From: Methanocaldococcus indicus
GTDB lineage: Archaea; AGJL01; Methanococci; Methanococcales; Methanocaldococcaceae
Assembly (NCBI RefSeq): GCF_049554935.1
Contig: NZ_CP186926.1
Location: 384,001 to 448,000, forward strand
DNA: 64,000 bases
Reading direction: 5' to 3'
Positions 54,792-64,000 of the stretch are shown piece after piece (position 1 is the first letter of the stretch; every line of letters begins with the position of its first letter). The translations under genes and the position numbers were made by a program. The notes below the pieces were generated by a model. That model was not told the origin of the DNA. It did no database searches and saw only the letters and a list, made by a program, of their open reading frames with translations.

Positions 54792-56780
54792 ATGAAAACA
54801 GAATTAACAAATGTTGATATATCTGCTATTGTTGATGAGCTAAAATTTATAGAGAATGGAAGAGTAGATAAAGCATTTCTAATAAGTAATGAGGAAAATA
54901 AAGAACTAATCTTAAAAATTCATATCCCTGAGAGAGGTAGTAGAGAGTTAGTTATTAGTGTTGGTAAATATAAATATATAACTCTAACAAATTATGAGAG
55001 AGAAAAACCTAAGCTACCTCCTTCTTTTGCTATGCTTCTAAGAAAGTATCTTTCAAATGCAAAAATAGAGAAGATTTATCAGTATAGTTTTGACAGAATT
55101 ATTGTTATTGAATTTAGAAAAGTCAGTAAGTATAAGTTAATAGTTGAGCTGTTTAAAGAAGGAAATATAATATTTACTGATGAGAATAACAATATTATTG
55201 TTCCTTTGAAAGTAGAAAAATGGAGCACAAGGATTATAGCTCCAAAACATGAATATAAATTTCCAGAACAAAGACCATTAACTCCTTACAACTTAGATTA
55301 TTCAATTGCCTATGAAATTTTTAGAGATTACTTTTTAGAGAATAAGGATGTTGAATGTGTTAGATTAGTTTCAAGGTTGTTAGGTTTAGCAGGACTGTAT
55401 GCAGAGGAGATATGTGAAAGAGCTAAGATAGATAAAAAGAAAAAAAATTTAACAGAAGATGAAATAAAAAATCTATTTTTAGCTGTTAAGAATTTCTTTA
55501 ATGATGTTTTTAATAACAGAGAGCCAAAGATTATATTAAAGGATAATCAGTTTATAGATGTTACTCCTATCAATTTATTAAAATATAAAGATTATGATAA
55601 AAAAGATTATGAGAACTTTATAGAGGCAGTTGATGACTACTTTGCAAATTTCTTAGCTTTAAAAAAGATAACAAAAGTTAAAAGTAAAGTTGAAAAAGAG
55701 ATAGAGAAGCAAGAATCAATATTAAAAAGACAGTTAAGAACTTTGGAAGAGTATAAAAAAGAAAGTGAAAAAAATAGAATAAAGGGAGATTTAATTTATG
55801 CTAATTATCAATTAATTGAAGAGCTTTTAAATGCCATAAATTTAGCAAGAGAAAAAAAGAGCTGGGAAGAGATTAAAAAGATTATAAAAGAAAATAAAAA
55901 TCATCCAATTTTAGGAATTATTGAAGATATAAGAGAAAATAAAGGAGAGTTAATAGTTAGATTAAAATATGAAGATGTTGAAGAAAGAGTAGTTTTAGAT
56001 ATAAGAAAAAATGCATTTGAAAATGCTGAATCTTATTATGAAAAAGCCAAGAAATTAAAAAATAAGTTAAAAGGTATTGAGGAGGCAATTGAAAGAACTA
56101 AAAAGAAAATTGAAGAATTGAAGAAAAAGAGAGATGAAGAAATAGAAGAGAAAAAACCTAAGAAGAAAAAGAGAAGAGAAAGAAAATGGTACGAGAAATT
56201 TAAATGGACAGTTATTGACAATTTCTTAATAATAGCTGGAAAAGATGCTATAACAAATGAAATAATAATTAAAAAATATACTAATAAGGATGATATTGTC
56301 TTTCATGCAGACATAACAGGAGCTCCTTTTACTGTTATAAAAACTAATGGTAGAGAAGTTAAAGAAGAGACATTATTAGAGGTTGCTAAATTTGCTGCTT
56401 CACATTCAAAAGCTTGGAAGTTAGGTTATGGAGCTATAGATGTGTATTATGTTAAACCAGAGCAAATATCCAAACAAGCTGAAAGTGGGGAGTATTTAAA
56501 AAGAGGAGCATTTATGATAAGAGGTAAAAGGAACTATATCAGAAATGTGCCCTTAGAGTTGGGAGTAGGAGTGTTAGAATATGATGGAGAAATTAAAATT
56601 ACAACTGCCCCAAAAAGAACATTAGAAGAGAGATTTTTAAAGTATGTTATGCTAAAACCATCTAATAAAGAGAAAGGTAAGGTAGTTAAAGAACTTAAAA
56701 ATATATTTAAGGAGTATGACTTAGATGATGAAGAAATTCTTTCAGTTCTTCCACCAGGAGGTTGTGAAATAGTTAAATAA
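54792..56780 (+). CDS. rqcH: Ribosome quality-control protein RqcH/NEMF (NFACT)
   Basis: FAMLLRKYL, FDRI, ELFKEGN, WYEKFKW, GKDAITNE, FHADITGAP, GAFMIRG. Confidence 0.92.
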   Translation: MKTELTNVDISAIVDELKFIENGRVDKAFLISNEENKELILKIHIPERGSRELVISVGKYKYITLTNYEREKPKLPPSFAMLLRKYLSNAKIEKIYQYSFDRIIVIEFRKVSKYKLIVELFKEGNIIFTDENNNIIVPLKVEKWSTRIIAPKHEYKFPEQRPLTPYNLDYSIAYEIFRDYFLENKDVECVRLVSRLLGLAGLYAEEICERAKIDKKKKNLTEDEIKNLFLAVKNFFNDVFNNREPKIILKDNQFIDVTPINLLKYKDYDKKDYENFIEAVDDYFANFLALKKITKVKSKVEKEIEKQESILKRQLRTLEEYKKESEKNRIKGDLIYANYQLIEELLNAINLAREKKSWEEIKKIIKENKNHPILGIIEDIRENKGELIVRLKYEDVEERVVLDIRKNAFENAESYYEKAKKLKNKLKGIEEAIERTKKKIEELKKKRDEEIEEKKPKKKKRRERKWYEKFKWTVIDNFLIIAGKDAITNEIIIKKYTNKDDIVFHADITGAPFTVIKTNGREVKEETLLEVAKFAASHSKAWKLGYGAIDVYYVKPEQISKQAESGEYLKRGAFMIRGKRNYIRNVPLELGVGVLEYDGEIKITTAPKRTLEERFLKYVMLKPSNKEKGKVVKELKNIFKEYDLDDEEILSVLPPGGCEIVK

Positions 56781-56793
56781 TTTTAAATATTCA

Positions 56794-57166
56794 GATGACA
56801 ATTATCACGCTAAAAATCTTTATTTTTTGATTTTATTTAGTTTTAGTTGGTTATTTTTAATTTAAAGGATTTTTAGGAAAATTCGAAGGGGTCATTATTT
56901 TGAATATTTTGTATATTTTGATTATATAATTTATTGAGATTTTTTAGAGATTTATGTTGTTTCTTCCAATATTTGAAAATCCCTGATAAGTTGGTTTAGT
57001 TTTTGGAAATTGGGACTTTTTAATTGAATAATAGGAAATAGAAAGATTTTTATAAAAGTTCAAAGGTATATAAATGAATAGGGAAACCTACCCTTCGAAA
57101 ATTTTAGTACCAAAAAGCTTATATATGAGAACGTTGCTATATTATTATGTCTAAAATGTGCCTCCT
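56794..57166 (+). promoter_or_regulatory. CRISPR leader 2 (homologous to leader 1)
   Basis: Shares ACAATTATCACGCTAAAAAT...GGTATATAAATGAATAGGGAAACCTACCCTTC...AAAAGCTTATATATGAGAA...TTATGTCTAAAATGTGCC with 16563-17003. Confidence 0.87.
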
Positions 57167-58264
57167 GTTAAAATAAGACCGTCCCGGTATGGAAATTTTA
57201 TGTTATAATTTGTAATAGTATATAACATAGCTAAATGTTAAAATAAGACCGTCCCGGTATGGAAATTGCATCTCTAATAATTCTTTCAGCTGGAATGTGC
57301 TTGTTAAAATAAGACCGTCCCGGTATGGAAATTTATGTTATGACATTGGAATTGCAGGAGATGTTAAGTTAAAATGCCTTTCTAAATCGTTCTTTTGGTC
57401 TCTGCTTGAATTGGAATTGCAGGAGATGTTAAGTTAAAATAAGACCGTCCCGGTATGGAAATTATGAAGTCATAGAAATGGATGGAGAGCCTTTTTTGTT
57501 AAAATAAGACCGTCCCGGTATGGAAATCAACTTTTAAGAATTCTTTTGTTAGTTGGACTGGCTTAGTTAAAATAAGACCGTCCCGGTATGGAAATAATTT
57601 TGTCCTTGTGAGTGTTACTTTTAAGCCATATCCCTTAAGTTAAAATAAGACCGTCCCGGTATGGAAATTTCATTCCAAGAAAACGAAAATCTCGATAGGC
57701 GTTAAAATAAGACCGTCCCGGTATGGAAATAAAAAAGAGATGTGGTGCTCAATGGTTATTTGTTTAAGTTAAAATAAGACCGTCCCGGTATGGAAATCTT
57801 CATATTGGAATTCTTCTTTATCTTGCAAACCATGTTAAAATAAGACCGTCCCGGTATGGAAATCTTCATATTGGAATTCTTCTTTATCTTGCAAACCATG
57901 TTAAAATAAGACCGTCCCGGTATGGAAATTTTTTTGAATACATAGCTAATCACTTGACACTTGATGTTAAAATAAGACCGTCCCGGTATGGAAATATTGT
58001 AGGGGATATAACTAACACAATTAGGGTTAAGTTAAAATAAGACCGTCCCGGTATGGAAATATGACTAAGCAAATATTTTGAAGTATAAAACAAAATGTTA
58101 AAATAAGACCGTCCCGGTATGGAAATCGTCCCCCCTCGCCCCTCGGCTTTAAAGTCATGACATGTTAAAATAAGACCGTCCCGGTATGGAAATCTTATCT
58201 CAAATTGTATCTCAAATAAAAGATGCTAATATCAGTTAAAATAAGACCGTCCCGGTATGGAAAT
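57167..58264 (+). CRISPR. CRISPR array 2: 16 identical 30-bp repeats GTTAAAATAAGACCGTCCCGGTATGGAAAT
   Basis: Repeats at 57167, 57237, 57303, 57433, 57498, 57566, 57639, 57701, 57768, 57834, 57900, 57966, 58031, 58097, 58164 and 58235; no cas genes in window. Confidence 0.98.
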
Positions 58265-58403
58265 CTTTCTTTTATTCAAAAAATAAAAAATAAAAAGGCA
58301 AATGTTTTTTTTTTATATTTGAGAAATCTAACAAATAAAAAATGTTAATAAAACATATAGTGGTGTTCCAGCAAAATCAACTGTAACTCCACTTAAATAA
58401 TCC

Positions 58404-58602
58404 TATTTTCCAATTAATCCTAACTTAGCCAATAAAGCACTTAACTGAATTCTTTCATTTACCGCCGCATAGAGGCAAGGCCTCTATTGCTATACACCAG
58501 AGAGGGGTTGCTTTTGGGCAACCCCACTTTAAATATTAAGTATTTTATTTTCCAATTAATCCTAACTTGGCTAATAAAGCACTTAACTGAATTCTTTCAT
58601 TT
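58404..58602. repeat. 57-bp direct repeat of the rfcS 3' end flanking two GC-rich hairpins
   Basis: 58404-58460 vs 58546-58602 (2 mismatches); hairpins ATAGAGGC-AAG-GCCTCTAT (58469-58487) and GGGGTTGC-TTTTGG-GCAACCCC (58504-58525). Confidence 0.88.
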
Positions 58603-61600
58603 GCTCCTTCAACTATTCTATAATCTGTTTCTCCTATTGCCTCAGCTATTTGAACTTTTTTCTTCTCATCTATATTTAGATTATTAATTTCTCTAAACAT
58701 TTGATTTAGAATATCTTCTCCACTCATACCCCACTCTAACATCAATTTGTATAATAAATCTCTTGCTTCATTGAATTTTCCTTCTAAGGCTAAATCCATC
58801 ATCTTTCTAACTTCTTCTGGTCTTGCCCTTGAAGAAACTTTGTATATAACTTCATCATCTATTACATCACTTATAGCAGAAGCAGTTTGTAGAACATTAA
58901 TTGCTTTTCTTAAATCTCCCTCAGAAACATAAATTATTGCATCTAATCCTTTTTCTGTTAATTTTAATCCTTCTTTCTCAGCAATCTCTTTTAATTTTTT
59001 AGCTATATCTTCTCTTTTCAATGGTGAGAATCTAAATATAGCACATCTTGATTGTATTGGTGGGATAATCTTGCTTGGATAGTTGCAGTTGTGGGATATT
59101 AACCCATTTGCTATAAAGGAGTGGTCTTTAAGGCATGTTATATCATACACATCTCTATAACCAATACACTCTTTTTTAATGATTCTTTCTGAAACATACT
59201 TTCCATCAACAACCTTTTCTTTTAAGAACTCTTCAAAGGTCATAAAGTTTCTTGGTAATCCAATGTCTTTTCCTTTAAGTTGATTTACTATAAAATCAAC
59301 TGGAATGTTATATTTCCTTGCTAATTCTCTTAGAGATTTTTCACCATCTACTTCTTTCAATGCCTTTTCAGCAATGTCTTTTAGGATTATATCTTTATAT
59401 GCTTCTTTGATTCTTAAATACTCTCCAACCAACCTTGCAAAGTTGTCTTTTTCATAGGCATAGGATATTCTTGATAAATATTTGAGATAGTTTTTATTGT
59501 TTGCTTTAACTATCAACTCAATTAAGTTTTTGTTATCAATTTTACTAACTCTAATATCTGCCTCAACTTCAAATTCCTTCAACATTTTTCTAATGTCTTC
59601 AAAGAACTCTAATGTTTTATATTTACTAATATTTTCAACTCTTATACCTAATTTAATTCCATTTATGTTATATTTTTTAATGTATGGTTTAGTTCCATCA
59701 GCTCCAAATAATCCTCTTAAAAACTCTCTCTTAACAAATTTATTTCCATATTTTATCCATTTTGGAATATTGTAGCCATTTATAGTTTTATTTCCAATTT
59801 CTACTCCCCAGAAGTTTAACAATAGATATAATGCTTTATTATCAATGTATATGAATGATGTTTTCCCTTTAATTTCTCTACCATCTAAGTTATGATTAAT
59901 ATCTTTTTCAATTATATTTGATGATTTTATGCCTAATTTCTCTAAATCCTTCTTAATTTCTTCAAGTTCATTTATTGTAGCAGTTATTAATATTCTTCCT
60001 TCTTTTGATTTTGATAAATGCCCATCTCCAATTATAAAGCCTAACAACCTTGCAAATATTCCTGCTTTCTCATCATCATAAGTTATCTTATCCCATCTAA
60101 GTTCTTTGATTTTCTTTATGTATTTTAAAGCAAATCCATTAATTTTTCCATCAATAAGATTTTTTATAGTTGTTAATGATATTTTTATCCCAAATTCTTC
60201 CTCAATCTTTCTTTTAATCTCTGATTTGTTGTATTTTCCTGATAACTCTAAAACTCTATTTAATATTTTTTCTTTATCTTTTGTTATTAATTCTTTATAG
60301 GTTTTTGCTTTATCATAAGGTTTATATCCAATTTTAAGCTCATATTTTGTTAAAAACTCATAGAACTCATTTAAGTTAATTATCTTCCTATTATCAACTT
60401 CAAACTCAACTCCTTCCAATGCTGGATAAACCAATATCCCATCATCTTCCTTTAACTCATAAACCTCCTTCCACCCATATCTTGTTAAAAACTTGTGGTC
60501 TCCTGTTGCCTCTATCTCTCTACCACTTTCTAAAACTAATCTATAAACCTTATGATTTACTATCTTTGAATTAAATTTAACTCCTGCTAAAACTAAATCT
60601 TCTCCACTTCTATTTAAAACATGTTTAATTTTTCTTTTTTCAAACATTTTTATAAAGTCCTCTATCTTTATCTCCCTCTCATCTGGAAGAGTTATTTTTG
60701 CATCTCCTGTTAAACAACTTAAGATAAATCTACATACATCTGAATACTTCTCCATTGTTCTTCTTAAAGCATTTTGAGCATCTGCTGTTAGTGCATCACT
60801 CTCATCTAAGAATATTATCTTAAATGGAACATCTCCAATTGGCTTAGTTCTTGCAAATTCTTTTACTTTTGTCCTAATAACGTCTATACCTCTTTCATCT
60901 GAATTATGTAACAATATTGGCACATTTCCTGCAAAGAACATTTCATTATTTGGAACTGACACATCATAAACAAAGTCATTGTAGTCAATAACTTCAATCT
61001 CTTTAACAATCAAAGCATGAATCTCTGTTTCAGATAATTTTTGTAATAAATTGTAAATCTTTCTTTCTACATCAGTTAATTTCTCAACATCAACCATTTC
61101 TAAAATCTGCTTAATTTTGTCCTTTGAAACTCTCTTTTTATTTTCATAGAGTTGGTGTCTTAATATATATCTCCAATTTCCTTTTATCTTACTATCTAAC
61201 TTTTTAATCATTTTAATTATTGGCTCACTTGGTAATAAATTGCCTTTCTTCCATCCCATTTTTCCTTTCCAAATTAATCTTACCTCATTTTCAAATATTG
61301 AACTTTCAATTCCAGAAATTCTTGCTAACCATGCTGTATCTATTAATAAATTCTCGGATTTTGATGATATTCTAACAACTCCTCCCCAATTTCCACTGCC
61401 ATCTCCATCAGCCAATCCTTTTAAAAATTCAACTCTTAAATTTTCTTTTAACTCATATACAATATCTGGAATTCTTTTATCTCCTGCTTTTCTTCCATTT
61501 CCATTGTAGAAGTTTTTCTCAATAAATTTTGCAAGTTGAGTATTTAATATTCTAATCTGCTTAGCAGATAATCTTTTTCTATCAAATCCAGAACCTGTGA

Positions 61601-64000
61601 AGTTTTCATATTTACTAAATCCTTTTTTATCAATGATGTCATTTAGTCTATCAATTAAATCATGCTCATGACTGCCTAATGTGTAGATTACTTGCCCGGA
61701 AGTTTCTCCTCTAAATCCTATGGCTCCTTCAGCAGCATACAATCCAAGCATCCATGCAGTATCTTCATCAACCTCAAACTCATTAATTACTTTAACTCTT
61801 GAAGTTATATCCTTTGGTTCAAACTCTTTTAAATCTAATTTATCTTTTTCTCCTTCAATATTAGATATAAAGCTTAATAGACAATCTCCAACCTTTATAT
61901 CACTTGCTTTTCTTGCTACTAATCCATTTTCATCAAGCATCATAATAGAGTGGTTTCCTGTTAGTTCTATATATCCACCTTCAAACTTAACTCTTAAGAT
62001 TTTATCTACTTTATGCCTAATTATTGTAGAAACTTTTCTCCATCTAATTTTGAAATCTTTATCAATAGTTAAAACCTCTAAGTTATCAACTTTTTTATAC
62101 ATCTCATTTTCATCATTGGTGTTAAAGTATATCTTATCAAGCTCTTCAAATGTTGTTCTTTTTATCTTTCCATCTATTTTAACCAATATTGGAGTATTTT
62201 TTGAAACGGAGGCATTCAATTCCAAAAAGTTTTCTTTCCAATTTTCTCCAAATAAATCTCTTGCTAAACAAAGGGCTGTAGTTGTATTGTGTAGTATTGT
62301 TGGTAAATTCCCACCAATGAAGTTATGATATTTTGGAACATGCAAATCATATATTGTAAAGTCACCATTTAATTGTTCAATTTCTACAATCTCATCCCAG
62401 TAGATTTCGTTAGATGCTAAGAATAAGATATAACTAATACTATCCATTAATTTTTCATCATTGAGAATATCTCTTACAAGTTTGAGTTCAACCTTTCTAA
62501 TTTCTTCAAGCTTTTCAATTTCTTGTGTATTGCTTTCTAAATAAATCCTTATACTTGAATTCCATGTATTGAGCATCCTTCCTATTTCTGCATAACTTGA
62601 ATATTTCTTAGCAAATACTCTCATTGCATCTATTGTTTTTTCAATATCTTTATTTAAAGCATTAGCAATTTTTATGTAATTCTTTAAACTTGGTTTTCTT
62701 TTACCTTTTATGTATTCTAAAATCCTATCACTTCTTATTTCTGTCTTTTCTGCAATTTCTTTTCTTCTTTTTTCAACATCATTCCAATCAATTAATATAC
62801 TCTTTTCTAATATTTTTTCAATTTCTTTTAGCTCTTCTAATCTGTAATATATTTCATTTAAAAGTTCTTGAGCTATTTTTTTGCATTTATTGTAACTCCA
62901 ATTATCCTTTTCAATATCCCTCGTTAATTTAACTTTTAATCTATCCCTAATGTATTTTATTTTCTCTTTGTCAATAGTTATAACATCTAAGTTTGGATTT
63001 TCATCTTTTATAATATTTAAAAGCTTTTTAAGTTTTCTTTCATGATTAAAGCCAATATTATCTAAAAATGCTTTTAAATTTATAGAGTTTGATATTACAA
63101 TATGGTAATATTTCTTGTTATTGTTTTTATTTACTTTTTCTTTTAATTTTGCAATTATTCCAAACCTTAACAATGCATAAGTTAAATCCTCTGCCATCTT
63201 TTTGCTTGCAGTTGATAAAACTATCGAATGGCTTTCAACACCTCCATCACAATCAAAGTATGCTCTTAAAAATGCTTTTAATGCTCTACTTTTCATTATT
63301 TCTTTTGGAATTCTAACTTTATCTGCCTTACTTCCCCTTAAACCAAGCTTATCAATTAATGCCATTGCCTCTTTTGAATTAACATAAATATCTGGTGTTC
63401 TGTCTTTGTGTATTCTTTCTTTTATTTTTGCATCTTTAAATAATCTTTTAGTAAGTTCTGCAAATCTCTTTCTAAGTTTTTCATCACTGTTTGTGAAGGT
63501 TATCTTATTTGATTCTTTATCTGCATGCCCATCTCCAATGAAATAACCAAGCCACTCTGCTAAATCATCATTAAAATCTTTTTTTTCAAATAAGATGTAT
63601 CTTGGTGTTGCTAACTTATCTCCTACTTTTAAATTCTCTGCTTTTACCCATTTTATTTCTCCATTTTTATTGTTTATTAGTAAAGGATGATAAGTAGTTA
63701 CCTTTAACTCTCTACCCATTTTAGTTTTTATTTTTATTAAGACATTTGTTTTATCTTTATAGACATATTTAACATTAAATTCTTTAATTTTTCCATCTTC
63801 ATCAATTCCTAAAACCTTTAAGTTGTTGGTTAAAGTAGCTCCAAACTTTCCACTACTTATTTCTTCAACAACTTCTCCAATTTCTTTAACTTCTCCATTA
63901 ACAATAACTCTTGTATTTCCAGTTAAGCACTTCCCAACTCCTGGAGGTCCAGAGAAAAGTAGATGGGGCATACTTTTCTTTTCAACATACTTTTTTAATC
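58545..64000 (-). CDS. rfcS: Replication factor C small subunit with three inteins, 5' end outside window
   Basis: PHLLFSGPPGVGK|TTTAL, LELNA|SDERG, LDESD, AQNALRRTME, FILS|CNY, IQSRC; frame stays open upstream of the ORF-track start (LKKYVEKKSMPH). Confidence 0.96.
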   Translation of the reverse strand, partial: LKKYVEKKSMPHLLFSGPPGVGKCLTGNTRVIVNGEVKEIGEVVEEISSGKFGATLTNNLKVLGIDEDGKIKEFNVKYVYKDKTNVLIKIKTKMGRELKVTTYHPLLINNKNGEIKWVKAENLKVGDKLATPRYILFEKKDFNDDLAEWLGYFIGDGHADKESNKITFTNSDEKLRKRFAELTKRLFKDAKIKERIHKDRTPDIYVNSKEAMALIDKLGLRGSKADKVRIPKEIMKSRALKAFLRAYFDCDGGVESHSIVLSTASKKMAEDLTYALLRFGIIAKLKEKVNKNNNKKYYHIVISNSINLKAFLDNIGFNHERKLKKLLNIIKDENPNLDVITIDKEKIKYIRDRLKVKLTRDIEKDNWSYNKCKKIAQELLNEIYYRLEELKEIEKILEKSILIDWNDVEKRRKEIAEKTEIRSDRILEYIKGKRKPSLKNYIKIANALNKDIEKTIDAMRVFAKKYSSYAEIGRMLNTWNSSIRIYLESNTQEIEKLEEIRKVELKLVRDILNDEKLMDSISYILFLASNEIYWDEIVEIEQLNGDFTIYDLHVPKYHNFIGGNLPTILHNTTTALCLARDLFGENWKENFLELNASVSKNTPILVKIDGKIKRTTFEELDKIYFNTNDENEMYKKVDNLEVLTIDKDFKIRWRKVSTIIRHKVDKILRVKFEGGYIELTGNHSIMMLDENGLVARKASDIKVGDCLLSFISNIEGEKDKLDLKEFEPKDITSRVKVINEFEVDEDTAWMLGLYAAEGAIGFRGETSGQVIYTLGSHEHDLIDRLNDIIDKKGFSKYENFTGSGFDRKRLSAKQIRILNTQLAKFIEKNFYNGNGRKAGDKRIPDIVYELKENLRVEFLKGLADGDGSGNWGGVVRISSKSENLLIDTAWLARISGIESSIFENEVRLIWKGKMGWKKGNLLPSEPIIKMIKKLDSKIKGNWRYILRHQLYENKKRVSKDKIKQILEMVDVEKLTDVERKIYNLLQKLSETEIHALIVKEIEVIDYNDFVYDVSVPNNEMFFAGNVPILLHNSDERGIDVIRTKVKEFARTKPIGDVPFKIIFLDESDALTADAQNALRRTMEKYSDVCRFILSCLTGDAKITLPDEREIKIEDFIKMFEKRKIKHVLNRSGEDLVLAGVKFNSKIVNHKVYRLVLESGREIEATGDHKFLTRYGWKEVYELKEDDGILVYPALEGVEFEVDNRKIINLNEFYEFLTKYELKIGYKPYDKAKTYKELITKDKEKILNRVLELSGKYNKSEIKRKIEEEFGIKISLTTIKNLIDGKINGFALKYIKKIKELRWDKITYDDEKAGIFARLLGFIIGDGHLSKSKEGRILITATINELEEIKKDLEKLGIKSSNIIEKDINHNLDGREIKGKTSFIYIDNKALYLLLNFWGVEIGNKTINGYNIPKWIKYGNKFVKREFLRGLFGADGTKPYIKKYNINGIKLGIRVENISKYKTLEFFEDIRKMLKEFEVEADIRVSKIDNKNLIELIVKANNKNYLKYLSRISYAYEKDNFARLVGEYLRIKEAYKDIILKDIAEKALKEVDGEKSLRELARKYNIPVDFIVNQLKGKDIGLPRNFMTFEEFLKEKVVDGKYVSERIIKKECIGYRDVYDITCLKDHSFIANGLISHNCNYPSKIIPPIQSRCAIFRFSPLKREDIAKKLKEIAEKEGLKLTEKGLDAIIYVSEGDLRKAINVLQTASAISDVIDDEVIYKVSSRARPEEVRKMMDLALEGKFNEARDLLYKLMLEWGMSGEDILNQMFREINNLNIDEKKKVQIAEAIGETDYRIVEGANERIQLSALLAKLGLIGK
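59088..60716 (-). mobile_element. RFC intein 3 (543 aa, LAGLIDADG homing endonuclease)
   Basis: CLTGDA start, LLGFIIGDG and LRGLFGADG, ends ISHN before Cys. Confidence 0.93.
60903..62210 (-). mobile_element. RFC intein 2 (436 aa, LAGLIDADG homing endonuclease)
   Basis: SVSKNT start, MLGLYAAEG and LKGLADGDG, ends LLHN before Ser. Confidence 0.93.
62286..63929 (-). mobile_element. RFC intein 1 (548 aa, LAGLIDADG homing endonuclease)
   Basis: CLTGNT start, WLGYFIGDG and LRAYFDCDG, ends ILHN before Thr. Confidence 0.93.

Noticed and set aside
57756-57953. 65-aa minus-strand ORF with an internal repeat
   Set aside because: Artefact of the CRISPR repeats and the duplicated spacer
58327-58400. 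Short minus-strand reading frame (YLSGVTVDFAGTPLYVLLTFFIC) between array 2 and the rfcS duplicate
   Set aside because: Could be a gene remnant but is too short, lacks a start and cannot be assigned without a search
58487-58687. 66-aa plus-strand ORF
   Set aside because: Antisense to the rfcS 3' end and crosses the hairpins; no recognisable domain
61720-62328. 202-aa antisense ORF and the many other short opposite-strand ORFs in the track
   Set aside because: Shadow ORFs of real genes; Ser/Phe/Leu-rich composition expected from the reverse complement of AT-rich coding DNA

Overview
AT-rich archaeal chromosome segment from a hyperthermophilic methanogen; gene content and order point to Methanocaldococcus (inference). 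Most of the window is housekeeping: priS, mfnF, mmp10, mer, intein-containing infB, polB and rfcS, lig, hef, tbp, carA, KEOPS/ribosome-biogenesis genes and three tRNAs. Accessory signals: (1) an unannotated pair of short hydrophobic peptides starting Met-Cys-Ala-Pro, directly upstream of a radical SAM/SPASM-like enzyme, a membrane protein, a secreted TPR protein and a regulator/RND/S-layer module, which looks like an archaeal RiPP-type cluster; (2) two orphan CRISPR arrays with homologous ~370-bp leaders but different repeats, carrying three independent 31-bp duplications around spacer-sized inserts (apparent off-target spacer integration); (3) a double-guide C/D box sRNA overlapping the polB stop codon; (4) a decaying oxidative-stress cluster; (5) a duplicated rfcS 3' end flanking GC-rich hairpins. 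All coordinates were counted by hand and no database searches were run.
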